DNA of 63,663 nucleotides, filler included, from Hyphochytrium catenoides (Eukaryota; Protista; Hyphochytriomycota), in the NCBI GenBank assembly GCA_900088475.1. It is 6 parts of 6 records of this genome, joined end to end, with 100 filler letters (N's around TTAATTAATTAA, not from the genome) between each part and the next. Parts side by side here need not be neighbours in the genome. Positions count along the whole stretch, not along the records: positions 19,098 to 27,108 come from FLMG01001697.1; positions 27,209 to 45,888 come from FLMG01000724.1; 4 more parts are not named here. One strand, given 5' to 3'. Below, piece by piece: positions 25,421 through 37,503 of the stretch. The first letter of the stretch is position 1. The number at the start of each line of letters is the position of its first letter. The position numbers and the translations under genes are program-made. Under the pieces are notes generated by a model that saw only the letters and a list, made by a program, of their open reading frames with translations, ran no database searches and had not been told where the DNA came from.

Positions 25421-25898
25421 AACTCCTACCACTATCACATAGTCGTGACGCTCACTCTCGCAACACCTACTGCTTCTTTTTGTATTGCAATCCGAGGGAT
25501 AGAAGTTAGGTAATGTAGGAATTGAGGAGCGGCTTAAGCACGAGGAGAGCGCGCGGGAGAGAGCAAAAGAGAGAGCACGGCAGATTAAAAGAGACAAACC
25601 AGTGCGAGGAGGGATAGACATATGGAGGGAGATAGACGGGAGACAGATAAGTAAAGATGTAGAGAGTGATGAAGAGAGGCGCAGATAGTGTATTATATAA
25701 CTAAAGTGTGACTAATGATAGAAGGAAGCAGGTTACCAATTATATTTGCGCAGAGGGTGAGCGCTGTATTAAGTCGATGATGGGAAGGAAGAGAGAGAGC
25801 ACCAAGAAGAATCTGTATAGAAGACAGAATTCACCAGAAGCAGCAGATTGAAGCAGGAGCGGGGAGGTAGGCGTGAGGAACCAAAGAATTAGCTATTT

Positions 25899-25916
25899 GG
25901 GTTAGGGTTAGGGTTA
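25899..25916 (+). repeat. Short interstitial (TTAGGG)n telomere-like repeat
   Basis: gggttagggttagggtta. Confidence 0.6.
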
Positions 25917-26176
25917 ACCGTACGGGGGTATGAAATAAATGTAGTGTTAGTAAACGAGCAAGGAGACCGTAAAGGAGCAAAGGGAGGGTAGATGGAGTTA
26001 GGAACATTGATGGGAGTGTAGTTGCTAGGGTTAAGAAACAGAGATATAGACGAGGAAAGGAGAGTAAGAGCAGTTTCCACCGGGCCAAGAGTTGGAGAGT
26101 AGGGGCAGAGAGAATCCAGAGCGGGGACTTAGGATTGAGGGAACACAGTGAAATGTTAAAGGCTGACGTTGAGTTG

Positions 26177-26262
26177 CATATACCACAGGAACAAAAGAAG
26201 TCCAGTGGACGGAAATAACATATACCACAGGAAGAAAAAAAGTCCAGTGGATGGAAATAACA
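26177..26262. repeat. 42-bp tandem duplication
   Basis: catataccacaggaacaaaagaagtccagtggacggaaataa occurs twice with few mismatches. Confidence 0.85.
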
Positions 26263-27457
26263 AAGAGATCATTTAATTAGGAAAAAATAATGGGCGAGCA
26301 GTTGGTAATAGAGGGAAAGACAGATACGACGAAGGTAAAGGGAGAGAAAAAGCATCAGAGTTGGTACGGAGGATGATGTTGGCAAGAATGTCTAGAGTGA
26401 AGAAGACTGGCCAGTAGAGTGGGAACTAAAGTTGAACTATCGGAGTAGAAGTGACAAGCATGTAGCCCAGAGTTGAAGGCTGAATAAATAAAGAGGCAAT
26501 TTAAGGAATGGAAATAGAGTGGGGGGCAGTTGCTAGTAAGGTGAAAGAGAGATAAAGGCTAAGAGCAAGGTGAAAAGAAGGCATCAGAAAGGATTTGCGC
26601 AGAGTACGGAGTTCGTTGAGAGTAAGGAGAGTAAAACAAGAATGGGGAAATAGGAGTAAGGGACACATTGGAGTGTGGTTGGTCAACGCATGTTAAACAG
26701 TGTAAACAAGTCAACAGGACGGTAAGTGCAAGGACAGTATACGACAGTCTAGGAAAGCTGGTGGGAGAGCAGTGATAACAGGGGGAATGAGTGGTAAAGA
26801 CGAGGAGCAAGGGAAAGAAAGGGCAAAAAGAACATTTGTACAGTGACGGAGTTGGCGAGAAGGGGCAGACAAATGAATAAAAAGAGGGTGAAGGATTAGA
26901 GTTGGGGTAGTAGAGTTAAAAGGGCTATATTCGGTGGGCAGTTTAAGGTTAGGACAGAGTATGAGCGAGTAGTGGCTAAAAGAGGGAGCATTTCCAAGTT
27001 ATGAGAGATACTGAGGAGGGAAGTTGGTACCAGGGAGGAGGGCAGTTGGTACTGTACTGTTCGTCCGACACTAGTACTGGCTATGGCACTAACGTACACC
27101 AACAGGTTNNNNNNNNNNNNNNNNNNNNNNNNNNNNNNNNNNNNNNNNNNNNTTAATTAATTAANNNNNNNNNNNNNNNNNNNNNNNNNNNNNNNNNNNN
27201 NNNNNNNNACTCTGTAGTATGGGGATCATATAGGGCTTCCTGATGTTCTTAGGGAATGGCTTGTGCGGGTGCTGTTGGACTTCAATCTCTCACTAGAAGA
27301 CATTGCCGGCTCAACATCAGACTCCTCATCGAGTGATGGAAATAATGGAAAAAAACGTGCTCTTTCAACCCTTTCTGGGGGCGAGCTTTCGGAGTACGAG
27401 CGGTGTATTCTCCATATGGCTAATAGGGCTGTCCAAGTCTCTTTTGCTAATATCGCG

Positions 27458-28233
27458 ATATCACTAGATCCCAGAAAGACCAAGAAGCAGGGAGCCAGGA
27501 TGTTCGTTCAGGATGTAAATCAGTTATCCAACATCTCATAAGCCATCAAAGGGCATGAAGCAGTTCAGAGAAACTGCAGCAACGATTAATGAGCTCTGCA
27601 GACCACGAGCAAGAAGGGTCATCAAACACTGCTATCGGTCCGAAGAAGATAATCAGCCACGCCCCTCATCGCGTTCTTAGCCTTGCTCGTTATACTCAAA
27701 ACGTGAGAGGCGTTACCCCGTTCACTGCTCTGTAGAGGATCTTGCAACTTCAATGTTCCCTCCGTGTTTAGGCTTGTTATCTGAAGTTGAACTGACCCTT
27801 GGATAGCAGTTGGAGATGTTACCATGGTGCCTCCTTGAGTGAACTGCACAAGAAGGTCTGCAACTGGGGCCAAGAGAGAGTAGATCTGTTAGAGATGGTT
27901 GTATCTTGTCAGAAAGGCGAAAAACCTTTCACAGTCTTCATCCAGAACTAAGTCTGGTTGATAGGCTCCCAAAGCTCAAGGATCGTTTTGAGTACACGAG
28001 CAAGGCTAAGAAAGCGATGAGGGGCGTGACTGATTATCTTTCTTCGGACCAATAGCAGTGTTTGATGACCCTTCTTGCTCGTCGTCTGCAGAGCTCATCA
28101 ATTGTTGCTACGCTACTCTGAACTGCTTCATGCCCTTGGATGACTTATTGACATGTTCGGTAAGTGATTTTACATCCTGAACAAACAACATCCTGGCTCC
28201 CTCGTTCTTGGTCTCTCTGGGATCTAGCGATAT
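27458..28233. repeat. Long imperfect inverted repeat (~245-bp arms, ~280-bp spacer)
   Basis: 27458-27703 is the reverse complement of 27984-28233, apart from scattered substitutions and small indels. Example shared block: acgagcaagaagggtcatcaaacactgctat. Confidence 0.9.
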
Positions 28234-29226
28234 ACCAAGGAGTCTACGAGTCATGACACTGTGGAACGTCATCTGATGATCGGCCAGGAAGAGTTGGCCG
28301 ACACTCAATGATGAATAACTGATGTGTGATGAGCCATACGTCATAGTACGGGTAAAGAATCGTCGGAGTATCGTATTCGCAGCTATGTCCCGGCCGTCTC
28401 AAGATTCGGGGCGAATAAGACCTTGGGGAGCCTCTCACACATTAGTGACCTTGAGCTCTACTGCTATTCTGTTTCACACCAGTGCCTGCGCTGTACTATG
28501 GGTTTGCACAACCGCAGTCATTTGCAAAGGTAGAGGCGGCGCCTCTGTCTATCTTTTGATGTTGTCTCCCGAGGGAACTAACGTTTCATGAGATTGTTCT
28601 AATCTCAAGTGGGCATCTACTGCCCCCATATATGGACAAATGACTGGTCCGTGATGCTTTCCTTTGACTCTTAACTCTATGGCTTCTGGACAAATCTGGG
28701 AACAGCTGATGATTGACCCTGCAGCATCCGCTGTCCATATCTTCTACCTATGTCCCCTCTCTGCAGTCTCATAACCGACAAAATCTCATTGGCAGCTTGA
28801 AGGTGGTGCGCAGGTGGACGACGGGACCTTGAAGCTCAATGCCGAGATTCTGAACTTCCGGTCAGCATAGTTTGTCAGTCTCAGAGAGGAGAGTGACTCA
28901 CCTAATGATGATGTCGTCGATAACTTAAAGCGCAACCTTCCAAGTCGCCTACATGCAGCCATGCCAGAGAAGACTCACGCTACGAAGCTCTCAAGAGTTA
29001 ATCCACCGCCTGATGTTGAAGTCTAAGACTTAGCGAGAGGAAACCTGAACCGGCTACAGCCCTCTTCTTTCTTGTCACCTACTTATGGACACACTGACGG
29101 GACCGAATGGGTTCTATTCTCATTCTTACTATCCGCTCCTTTCGCATTACTTAGCCACCCTTATCTCATTGCATTTTCAGACGAAAAGTAAGGGGAACGC
29201 TGCTCTGTACATTAGGAGCCTAATCC

Positions 29227-31089
29227 TCAGAAGTCAACATTATAATCATCGTCACTATCCTCTGTCTCCTCACTCGTGTCACTATCAAGGTCTTGAAGGT
29301 GCTGAAAGAGACTGGACTTTCTGCAAAGACTATCAAGAGCAGCTTCTGGCGTGAGTGTTGACCGACTTGTTCCTTTAGGGTGGTGCGGTTCACTATCACT
29401 TGCTCTTTCTTCTTCCTGACGAAGGGAGGGAAGTAGAACCTCAGCCAAACGGCTGGCGGCCGCTCGAGCACCCATTAGATTCCCAGCGGTCGGCCCTAGC
29501 TGAAGAGCTGCAAAGGCTCCAACAACGAAGAAGTCATGGTCAGGTGCCCACCGCAGCTCCTCCGTGAGAACTGGCAAGCCCTGGATGGCCTCTGGCTGTC
29601 GAGGAAACTTCTCCTTCAATTGGCTTAGTAATGGGTGCAGATCCATATTCAGCTCTGTTCCGGTGGCTAAAAGTATGCCATTTACGCATAAAGTAAGACT
29701 CCGATCTTTTGCATCCCTCTCACCTTGCTGAGGCGAGCTGTAAGCTAGCTTTACCTCGAGAGAACCATTCACTGACTCTGCAACCTGCTCGACGACGGTT
29801 TCCTCGAGCAGGGTAAAGGTAGAAGGATCCTCTTGTTTGGCCGCCGTCTCGTGGAGCTTGTGCCAGGCATCAAGGGGAACGCTAGCACGGCCACGAACGG
29901 CACGGATTCGCTTCCATCTCTCTTCTAGGTCTAGCCCATAAAACTCGGACAGTCGATAGTGCTGGAAAAAAGGCGACAGCCACTCCACTGGCACGTCGAA
30001 CTGTTGAACCGAAATGGGCCTTCGGGTGCAGAGGATCACCCGGGAGCCAAGCCTCAGAAGCTTGTCAGCTAGCTGGACAGCGGTAAGGCCACCGCCTACA
30101 ATTAGCATAGTTCGCCCATTGTATCGTGGCATCCAACCAGTGGTTGCGATGTCTGCGCTATGATAGATCCCTTGGATCTTTTTGCCACGTGTAGAGCTCC
30201 TGAGTTGATCGGCTCGTGGTGATGTCGAGTTGACCCCTAGAGGGCGAGGCACTGCTAGTGCCCAGGCTGGTATTCGAGGAGTTCCTGCCCCTGTGGCAAG
30301 AACTACTCGAGCTGCGAAGAGCATCTTACCGCTGCCCAGCGTAACTTGAAAAGCATGACCTCTTTCATTGTTGTCTAGCACGTCGATGCCCTTAACATAA
30401 TCTTTCTCTACGAGGTTGCGAATGTCATAGCGTTGCACCAGGTCTGAGCAAAAGTCTTCAAAGAGTTCTTTGGATGGGAAGGCAAACCTTTCGCGATCCC
30501 AAGTGTTGAACATCTGCTGCCGCAGATTAGCCTTCCCTCTTCCCTGTCGTTTATTCTTGTTGAACAGAAATGAAGGTGGTGCTTTTGTCTCTGACGCAAG
30601 GCGACCATCTTTCTGAGCGAACTCTCGCAGACCCTCGTCTGTAAGTGGGTCGGGATGCACGATAATGGGGCTACGAAGAAATGAGATATCGAAGGCATTG
30701 AAGCAGGCGTTCCAGTTTGCCATCCACTCGCCGGCGGGGTCTATCACCCGCACCTGAGTCGACAAAAGATTGCTACTTCCGTCTTCGTGGCAACTTCCTG
30801 GCTGTGGCTTTTGGGTTTGTTTCTTCCGTCCCAGCTGCATCTTTCGCCTCCAGAAAGACATGTGGCTGTGCTGGTTATCGTTGTAAGTGTCACCAGGAGC
30901 ATCTTCCAGAAGACGAAGGACGAGGGTCATAGCATGGGGTCCGGCGCCGACGATAAGAAGGGGTAGCAAGTGGTCAGGGTCATCGCCAACTTTCTTTACC
31001 ATGCTCGAGTTTGGTTGTGAATGAGAGGGTGCGCCTTGTGCAAAGGCAGCGGATTCTGCGCGCCTCCTACCCACAGCTACGCTCTTCAT
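29227..31089 (-). CDS. FAD/NAD(P)-binding oxidoreductase (lysine/ornithine N-monooxygenase-like fold), intronless, 620 aa
   Basis: Two Rossmann motifs (LLIVGAGPHA and MLIVGGGLTA), two ATG motifs (VVLATG, ILLATG), LRSP..HPDP, and C-terminal FVVGAFAALQLGPTAGNLMGAR. Confidence 0.85.
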   Translation of the reverse strand: MKSVAVGRRRAESAAFAQGAPSHSQPNSSMVKKVGDDPDHLLPLLIVGAGPHAMTLVLRLLEDAPGDTYNDNQHSHMSFWRRKMQLGRKKQTQKPQPGSCHEDGSSNLLSTQVRVIDPAGEWMANWNACFNAFDISFLRSPIIVHPDPLTDEGLREFAQKDGRLASETKAPPSFLFNKNKRQGRGKANLRQQMFNTWDRERFAFPSKELFEDFCSDLVQRYDIRNLVEKDYVKGIDVLDNNERGHAFQVTLGSGKMLFAARVVLATGAGTPRIPAWALAVPRPLGVNSTSPRADQLRSSTRGKKIQGIYHSADIATTGWMPRYNGRTMLIVGGGLTAVQLADKLLRLGSRVILCTRRPISVQQFDVPVEWLSPFFQHYRLSEFYGLDLEERWKRIRAVRGRASVPLDAWHKLHETAAKQEDPSTFTLLEETVVEQVAESVNGSLEVKLAYSSPQQGERDAKDRSLTLCVNGILLATGTELNMDLHPLLSQLKEKFPRQPEAIQGLPVLTEELRWAPDHDFFVVGAFAALQLGPTAGNLMGARAAASRLAEVLLPSLRQEEERASDSEPHHPKGTSRSTLTPEAALDSLCRKSSLFQHLQDLDSDTSEETEDSDDDYNVDF

Positions 31090-34000
31090 TTGCGGAAGAG
31101 TGTGTCCTTAGATGGCTGCTACTACGTTCTCGCTGATATGCCACTGGTAGATCTTGGTTAAATGTTTGGCAATGGTTAGTTAGGTTAGAGGCAGCGCCTG
31201 GGGAACCTACAGAATCGGAACTTAGTAAGGAAGCGATGATGATGCTATTGCTGCGGCAAGTTAGGGAGAATTCTTGATCTGGTGTGAGCCACAGACGCAT
31301 CCAACTCTCACTCAGGAGCTGACGATAAGTGAGCAGAGGAAAATTTAAAACTGGGCTTCTGTTGCTGGTGCAGTCTCGGGCGACTCTGGACCATCAAGTT
31401 GTTCCCATAGACAGAGGACTAGGAAGAGAGGTGTTGAGCTATCAGAAGGGCAGACTACAACGACAAGAAGAGGAGGAGAGAGAAATGAAGCAAAAGATTC
31501 GCCCACGCGAAGGAGAACTCAATGGCCGTGTATTACTATGAATGAGCTTATTAGGGGGACAGAAGATCTCACCAGCTCGCTCACAATCTGCTTCTAACCC
31601 CTTGTTGCTAATGACTAGCACTACTCCTTTCGTACCCTCGCCACTTCCTGTCCATCCCTATCATCCTCCAGCGCCACCGTCGGATAGGACATAAGACCTC
31701 TGCTGCGGCATAATATAACCATGAGGGCAACAACACGGAGTCCGGCTTCCGTCCCGCGCTCTCCTCCCAGATATTCCTCATTCCTTGCCTAGCCCAGCCA
31801 CCGGCCTATCCCTGGCTGCCTTCTTTGCCCGATAAAACTATAGGGAGTTAAGAGACCTTGCAAAGGAGGAGGAACAGTCCTCTCTGAGGAAGGATGAAAG
31901 AACGAAGAAGAGTAGCAGTAGATAGGCTTCTATCTTCTCTGCTTTTTCTCGCCGTCTGATGGACCAGCAGCAGCGATGGATGATCGCTCGCCGTCTGAAG
32001 GCTGCGCCGTCGAATCCACGCGCCGTCGGATAACCCAGGCAGAAAGCCGTTACTGGCATTCAGACCGTCGCGTACTCGTAGTATCTAGGATTATATATTA
32101 CTGTAACACATTAACAACGACTACGAACAGGTACACTCCTGCTCCTACAGGTGGAAAGGTTGCACGTTTCACGTTTCTATACTACTCGATGACACATGTG
32201 CGTTGTTGTAGTTATCTTGGGTTCTCCCTCTCTCTGTCTCTCTATATCGCGCTACCAATCTCTCTCTTTTTCTATCTCTTGCGCTCCTTCTCTCTCTGTC
32301 TCTCACCAGCTCTCGCCCTCTCTTGGCTCACTCGTTCTTTTTCTCTGTCTTTGTCTATTTCTCCTCTCTCTCTTCACTCTCTTTCCCTTCCTCTCTCTTC
32401 ACTCTCTTTCCCTTGTTTCTGGATCTTTATCGCTGTCTTTCCCTCATACAGTTTTAGCCCTGTCACTACTGTTTTACCTTCTAAAGGTTACCCAATGGTG
32501 GTACCAATAATGCCATTGCACCGATTACAGGCCCTGTAGTTCTATAGCTTGTGAGCTACAACTATATCTTGGTCTATGATGACGGGCCCTCTCTGATGAT
32601 TAGCGCTGGTCCTACAGGGAGGAGGAAAGTCTCACGATGGAGCCATGGATTGATGGAGAGCGGACCACCAAGAAGCAAGCATCAACGGCAGCTAACATCA
32701 GGTCACGTTGTTGGTCTTGACGTGACCTCCCATAGCGCATGATGACAGAGTAGAAGGGTATCCGATCATCTAGCATGTACATGGCCAAGAGTTTAGCATG
32801 GCACGTTCCCGTCTTGCAGGCCATAACCATCGGTCGGAGATGGACCTCACCACGCAATAGTCGCCCAGCGACGTAGGCTGTGGCGATCGGCATGTTCGAC
32901 TCGTCCCACTCCTCGAACCACTTAGCGTTAGTTGGCGCGGAGAGCTGCTCTCCTTGTGACAGGAGTACAGCGCGTGTATGAGTTTTGATCCGTGACAGGA
33001 CTTGCGCTGTACTCCTGTCCGTATCATTATCATAGCCCAGCTACTCGTGTTCCTAAGGCCACTCTAGTTATAGCTAAGTCAGTGCTCCTTGTCTATTACA
33101 TTCCCTCTCCTCAAGGGGAAGTCCTCCCCCGCAGATAGTCTTCGGGTCACAGCGGCAGGGAGCATTGCAAGTATCGACAGTGCCCATGAGTCTTGTAGCT
33201 ATTCAACACCATATATTAGGACTACATGAAGCTCTCAAGACACGTCGTAATGTTGCTGGCCTATCCCCTCCCATCAGATACGTTCTGCTACGACTGCCCA
33301 CAAGATCACTTAGGTTTTCTTCCGCGTTGAATGCCTCAGAAGCGTCGAGACGTGATCGTGTGACCATCATTAGGTCTGGAGAAGAGTAAAGAGTGAGCTA
33401 TGCCGTATAGAGTTACACATTTAGCGCAAAACAGGCCTAGATATACGGTTCCTAACTTTCTCGTTGTTGGTCACCCGAGATGTCCTGGGAGCCTGAGGTC
33501 ATGCCAACAATAAGTGGGAAAGAGTGCGAGAAGGGGACCTTGCGTTAGCCAGCTTGTTCCTATTACTGCTCTGTGACTACTGCGGCTGCAATCATATTGG
33601 TGGGATTGCGTCTCAGCCTCCTCTTAACCTGACAATAGTCGAGAGCTTCACTTATGAGTCCACTGCACTTCAAGAACAGACTCCGCACGACGCTGTGAAA
33701 ACTCTCACTTTTTCAAGATTAGCCTAATGACGGACCGCTTTGCTCTTGTCAGTCTTCCCCTGAGAATGAAGGATGGCAAGTGGCCACCTTGTTCTCTCGC
33801 ACCACCGCAGCTGGGGTTAGTAGAAAGCTCTCGGCTATAGATAGAGCTCTGCAAACCAGTTCGTTTCCTTCCGCAGTCCTAGTAGAGGGTAGCAGATATA
33901 GTTAGGAGGTTGGTGGGGATAGCGACCATGAAGTTTGGGAAGGCATCTGGTCGTTTTCCAGTTTATTCAATCCTTGCTCTTCCGTGATCACGAGAGCCAA

Positions 34001-35015
34001 GTCTAGAGGGCGATGCCACTCTTGGTAGTTCTACTGCCTACATATTGTTCCTAAGTCAGTGAAGTCGCTACTCGTCGTAGAACGACCGGGTCGTGGCGAC
34101 GATGAGCGAGCAAGAGCAAAGAAACCTTCGAAGAAAGGAAGTAGTTCTCCTTTCCTCCTGTCAAGAAAGTGAGTTCTTATTCCCTTTTAGGAAAGGAAGG
34201 CATCAAGGGACTTCAACAAAGCAAAGCCCTACTATCAGTCTAACCCCTAGCATAGTACAGGTCATTCTTTGCTTTCTCCTTCAAGAAGACGAGTGCCTCA
34301 GGCAGCGTTCTTAACCTGTCCATGTTTCCCGGTGGCTGCGGACTACGGACGACTAGCAGAAGAGGGAATCTTCCACTTCTGGTACCTAATAAGGGTTCGG
34401 ATTAGACTGAGGTTTATTGAATAACCTCCTCTCTCCGAGGATCTTTACTCTTGTCGCTCGCTAGCTTCGTTGTGAGTTCTGACCAAGAAACGTTGAGGTC
34501 TTGTCAGCTTTGTTCTGAGGATCAGCGTACCTCCTGACGCCTTCCCGAAGAGCTTGGCATAATACTGCTCTCTGTGTATGGCCCAGCCAGTGACACCTAT
34601 GACGCGGCAAAACTGACTGGCCCCACTAGTCATCGTGCTCTTCAACGAAATAGCATTTTGCTTTTGCTGACTTGGCCCAAAGGGGGCAACACAAGGACGT
34701 TCATGGGTTTCCCCGTCCTCGTCCGGCTTTCAAGCAACCAGAGAGTAACGTAGAAAAGCGGTCAGAGCTTTATTGGGCCCACTCTCTCTCCTCTCTTCCG
34801 GCCACGACGAACCTCAATCATTTCATCGACGATTAGAGTCAAAATCTATCTAAGCTGACAAAGAACCATCGGAAGGGGCACTGCGTTTGTCCACAGACTA
34901 AACGTCACAGTCGCCATTTTCTCAATAGCGCTCTGCGGCTGAGCCTTCTAGTGCTGCGGTTGCTTGCTATCTCAAAAAGCCGTGTGCCCAACATACCAGT
35001 AGGGCCTAGTTGCCA

Positions 35016-36464
35016 ATGCATCACCTTCACTTTCATCCTCCCGCTAAGCTTCTGCATGTAGGGGCTATGTACCTCTTCCTCTGCCTGTTCTTGATAAGAC
35101 ATAGCAGGCCTGCGCACACGGTAGCAGCGACTCCGACAAATAACGTGGTGCGATTTGGGTCAGAACTCGAAGAAAGGACTCAACTGTTGGTGCCTAGCAC
35201 AGGTGAACATGGGACAGAGGCAGGGTTATGGTCCATCGGCGCTGCTGATACTGCCAATCAAGCAAAAGCTCCAAGAAGAGAGCATGCAGCGCGCAGAGGT
35301 TTCTCTTTCCCCTTGAAGAGAGTTCTTGAAGAAGACGACGACGATGACAGTGACTTTGAGGATGGAGGGCCCATTGACGTAAGAGAAGATATGGAAGATA
35401 ATGCTCCTAGCAGAGGAAGCAATGACAGGACTAAGGACGTGGATGAGGAGCAAGCAGAAGAAGTTTGGCGTCGAGTGAAGAGAGATATGCAGGATATGTT
35501 GGAGAAGCACCGCGTGGAATCCTGCTCAGGGCTAAACGGCACGTATGGCGACGCCAACACCCGCGTATTCTGCGAGGGCACCTTGGAGGTCATCGGCTTC
35601 CCCTGCCTGGACTGTGAGCACAAGTTTGATTGGAGAGACATCAACTCCGTTAGGCGCTGTCGAGATAACTCTACATGCCAGGAGTCAGGGTTTAGCTATA
35701 GCGTGGACAACTTTGGTGGAACTTTAAGCTACATTGGTCAAGTGCCTACCTTAGCTTCAGGACAGAGGTTCTCCAACCATGGCAACGTACAGGACTCGAG
35801 TACTTTCATGTACCGCCAGCGTGAGGATAGCCAGTTCGCTGTGCAGATTACCAAGGGCTTGAATTTAGCCTCCAGTTTCAAAGCAGAGCTCAAGCTACCC
35901 TTCGGAGGCCTTGAAAGCGAGTTCAGTGTCGAAGGAAGTCTGTCTAACAGCAAGACAACCCAAACAACGCTGTCCAAAGAATGGACGACGAGTATCAACA
36001 TCAACCTTCCTCCACACTCAGTCACACAGCTTCAGTGCTTCCTCTGGGCCAACAGATTCCGCGGAGACTTCTCCTTTAGCCTCCGAATCAAGGGTCCCGT
36101 CCTCGTGGTTGTATGGAACAAGAATGGTGAGAAGGAGCACCCATACTTTGTCTATTGGAAACCTGAGGAACAACGTGCTACGATTGAACATTGGACTCCA
36201 GATGGCTATCAGTATGCAGCTCGGGTTGAAGGTCTTCGTGGCGCCCATGTGGACTGCAATAAGACGATTGAATTTTTTGAAGGGGCACAGCCTGTAGCTG
36301 CGAACTCTTCCTCTGCGCCGTCTGGCCAACCAAAATCACTTCCAGCCTCGCTGCTTTCTTCAGCTAGCAGCCCGTCACCTATCTCGGCAGGTGGTGCTCG
36401 CCGGTCGCATAGAGGCGGTGGACGAAAAACGCTGGAGGTCTTACCTAGATCGCTTCGCTCCTAG
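35016..36464 (+). CDS. Secreted aerolysin/ETX-MTX2-like beta-pore-forming protein, paralog A, intronless
   Basis: Signal-peptide-like N-terminus, then an acidic pro-region ending RRVKR, a Cys-rich domain, and a Ser/Thr-rich beta domain. The beta domain has the amphipathic hairpin VQITKGLNLASSFKAELKLPFGGLESEFSVEGSLS, followed by W..SININLPPHS. ATG 35016 is preferred because HPPAKL aligns with HVPAKL of paralog B. Confidence 0.75.
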   Translation: MHHLHFHPPAKLLHVGAMYLFLCLFLIRHSRPAHTVAATPTNNVVRFGSELEERTQLLVPSTGEHGTEAGLWSIGAADTANQAKAPRREHAARRGFSFPLKRVLEEDDDDDSDFEDGGPIDVREDMEDNAPSRGSNDRTKDVDEEQAEEVWRRVKRDMQDMLEKHRVESCSGLNGTYGDANTRVFCEGTLEVIGFPCLDCEHKFDWRDINSVRRCRDNSTCQESGFSYSVDNFGGTLSYIGQVPTLASGQRFSNHGNVQDSSTFMYRQREDSQFAVQITKGLNLASSFKAELKLPFGGLESEFSVEGSLSNSKTTQTTLSKEWTTSININLPPHSVTQLQCFLWANRFRGDFSFSLRIKGPVLVVVWNKNGEKEHPYFVYWKPEEQRATIEHWTPDGYQYAARVEGLRGAHVDCNKTIEFFEGAQPVAANSSSAPSGQPKSLPASLLSSASSPSPISAGGARRSHRGGGRKTLEVLPRSLRS

Positions 36465-37503
36465 TTGATGAGGCCAAGGCTGCTCTGTTCTTGTCGATGC
36501 AGTTGACTCTTGCTTACTTTGTCCATGGTGTCGTTTCGTTATATGTCCATTGTGAGCTCTATTTGATTCTCATTCTTTGTTGGCCTCGTCCTCAGACATC
36601 GGCTGTCGTCTTGCAGCCAGTACAATGTCCTTCCTGTTCCGTATCTGCGGCTAGCAGGGGACTAGGGGCGCTAATATTAGTATATGTCGTTTACCTCTCT
36701 TCAATAACGCACTGTCGGAGGGTGTGGAGAAGCATCTTAATGGCACCACAGGGGCAACTCCTGGTACCTTGCAGTGGTGCTCGGTCGAGAAAGAGCTCAG
36801 TTGAGAAGGCCATGCGAGCGATATCAGCTGGTTGCCTTGCCTTGCTCTGTCCAACAAGTCGCTTCCTTGCTGATTGACCGAAGGGAAAGCTGAGAAAGGA
36901 TCCAACCTTCTCTACCGTTTGGCTTCATAGCGTATCGCCAGGTAAACCCTGCTAGACATGAACGGACACTGCTGAAAGTAGTCTTGGGGATCATTAAGAT
37001 GGAGGAGTCAGTATGAGATGCTGAGTAGATAGCACGATATCTCCGTGCTCTGGACCTTCTGTCACCATCATTTGATGAGGGCATCCGACGCCACTGAAAC
37101 CAGGTGCCAAGGGCTTCTACTAGAGAGGCATCTACTCTTAGTTGCCGAGCCTTTCTTGACATTGACTATGAGAGGAAAGCTTTATGGCGACAAAAGAAGC
37201 GTGGTACCGAGCTACTTGTCAGACAAAATCTTATGCATACGGTTAATGAACACCTAAGACAGACGAACATAAAGGGGCAGCAGCGAGTCCATCCTCCATT
37301 CTAAGCTATCTTCAGCCTCCTGCTTTGCCCTTGTCAGAAATAAAAACGCTGCGTAGAATAGGCTTCAGAGGGAACCAGAAGACGTACATCCACGCGGTAG
37401 CCAGTTATTAGCGCGACCACATGGCCTGGCCCAGTCTAGCTCTGCTTCACAATGTACAACGATGAAAGAGCTACCAGGAACTTGCTGCTTTGACGATGAC
37501 AGA

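Noticed and set aside
24652-26262. Short direct repeats resembling a mini-CRISPR array
   Set aside because: Only two copies each, with no repeat-spacer periodicity and no cas genes, in a eukaryotic context.
32612-33033. Short non-repetitive ORFs in the island
   Set aside because: Under 100 aa with no recognisable motif; probably decayed sequence.
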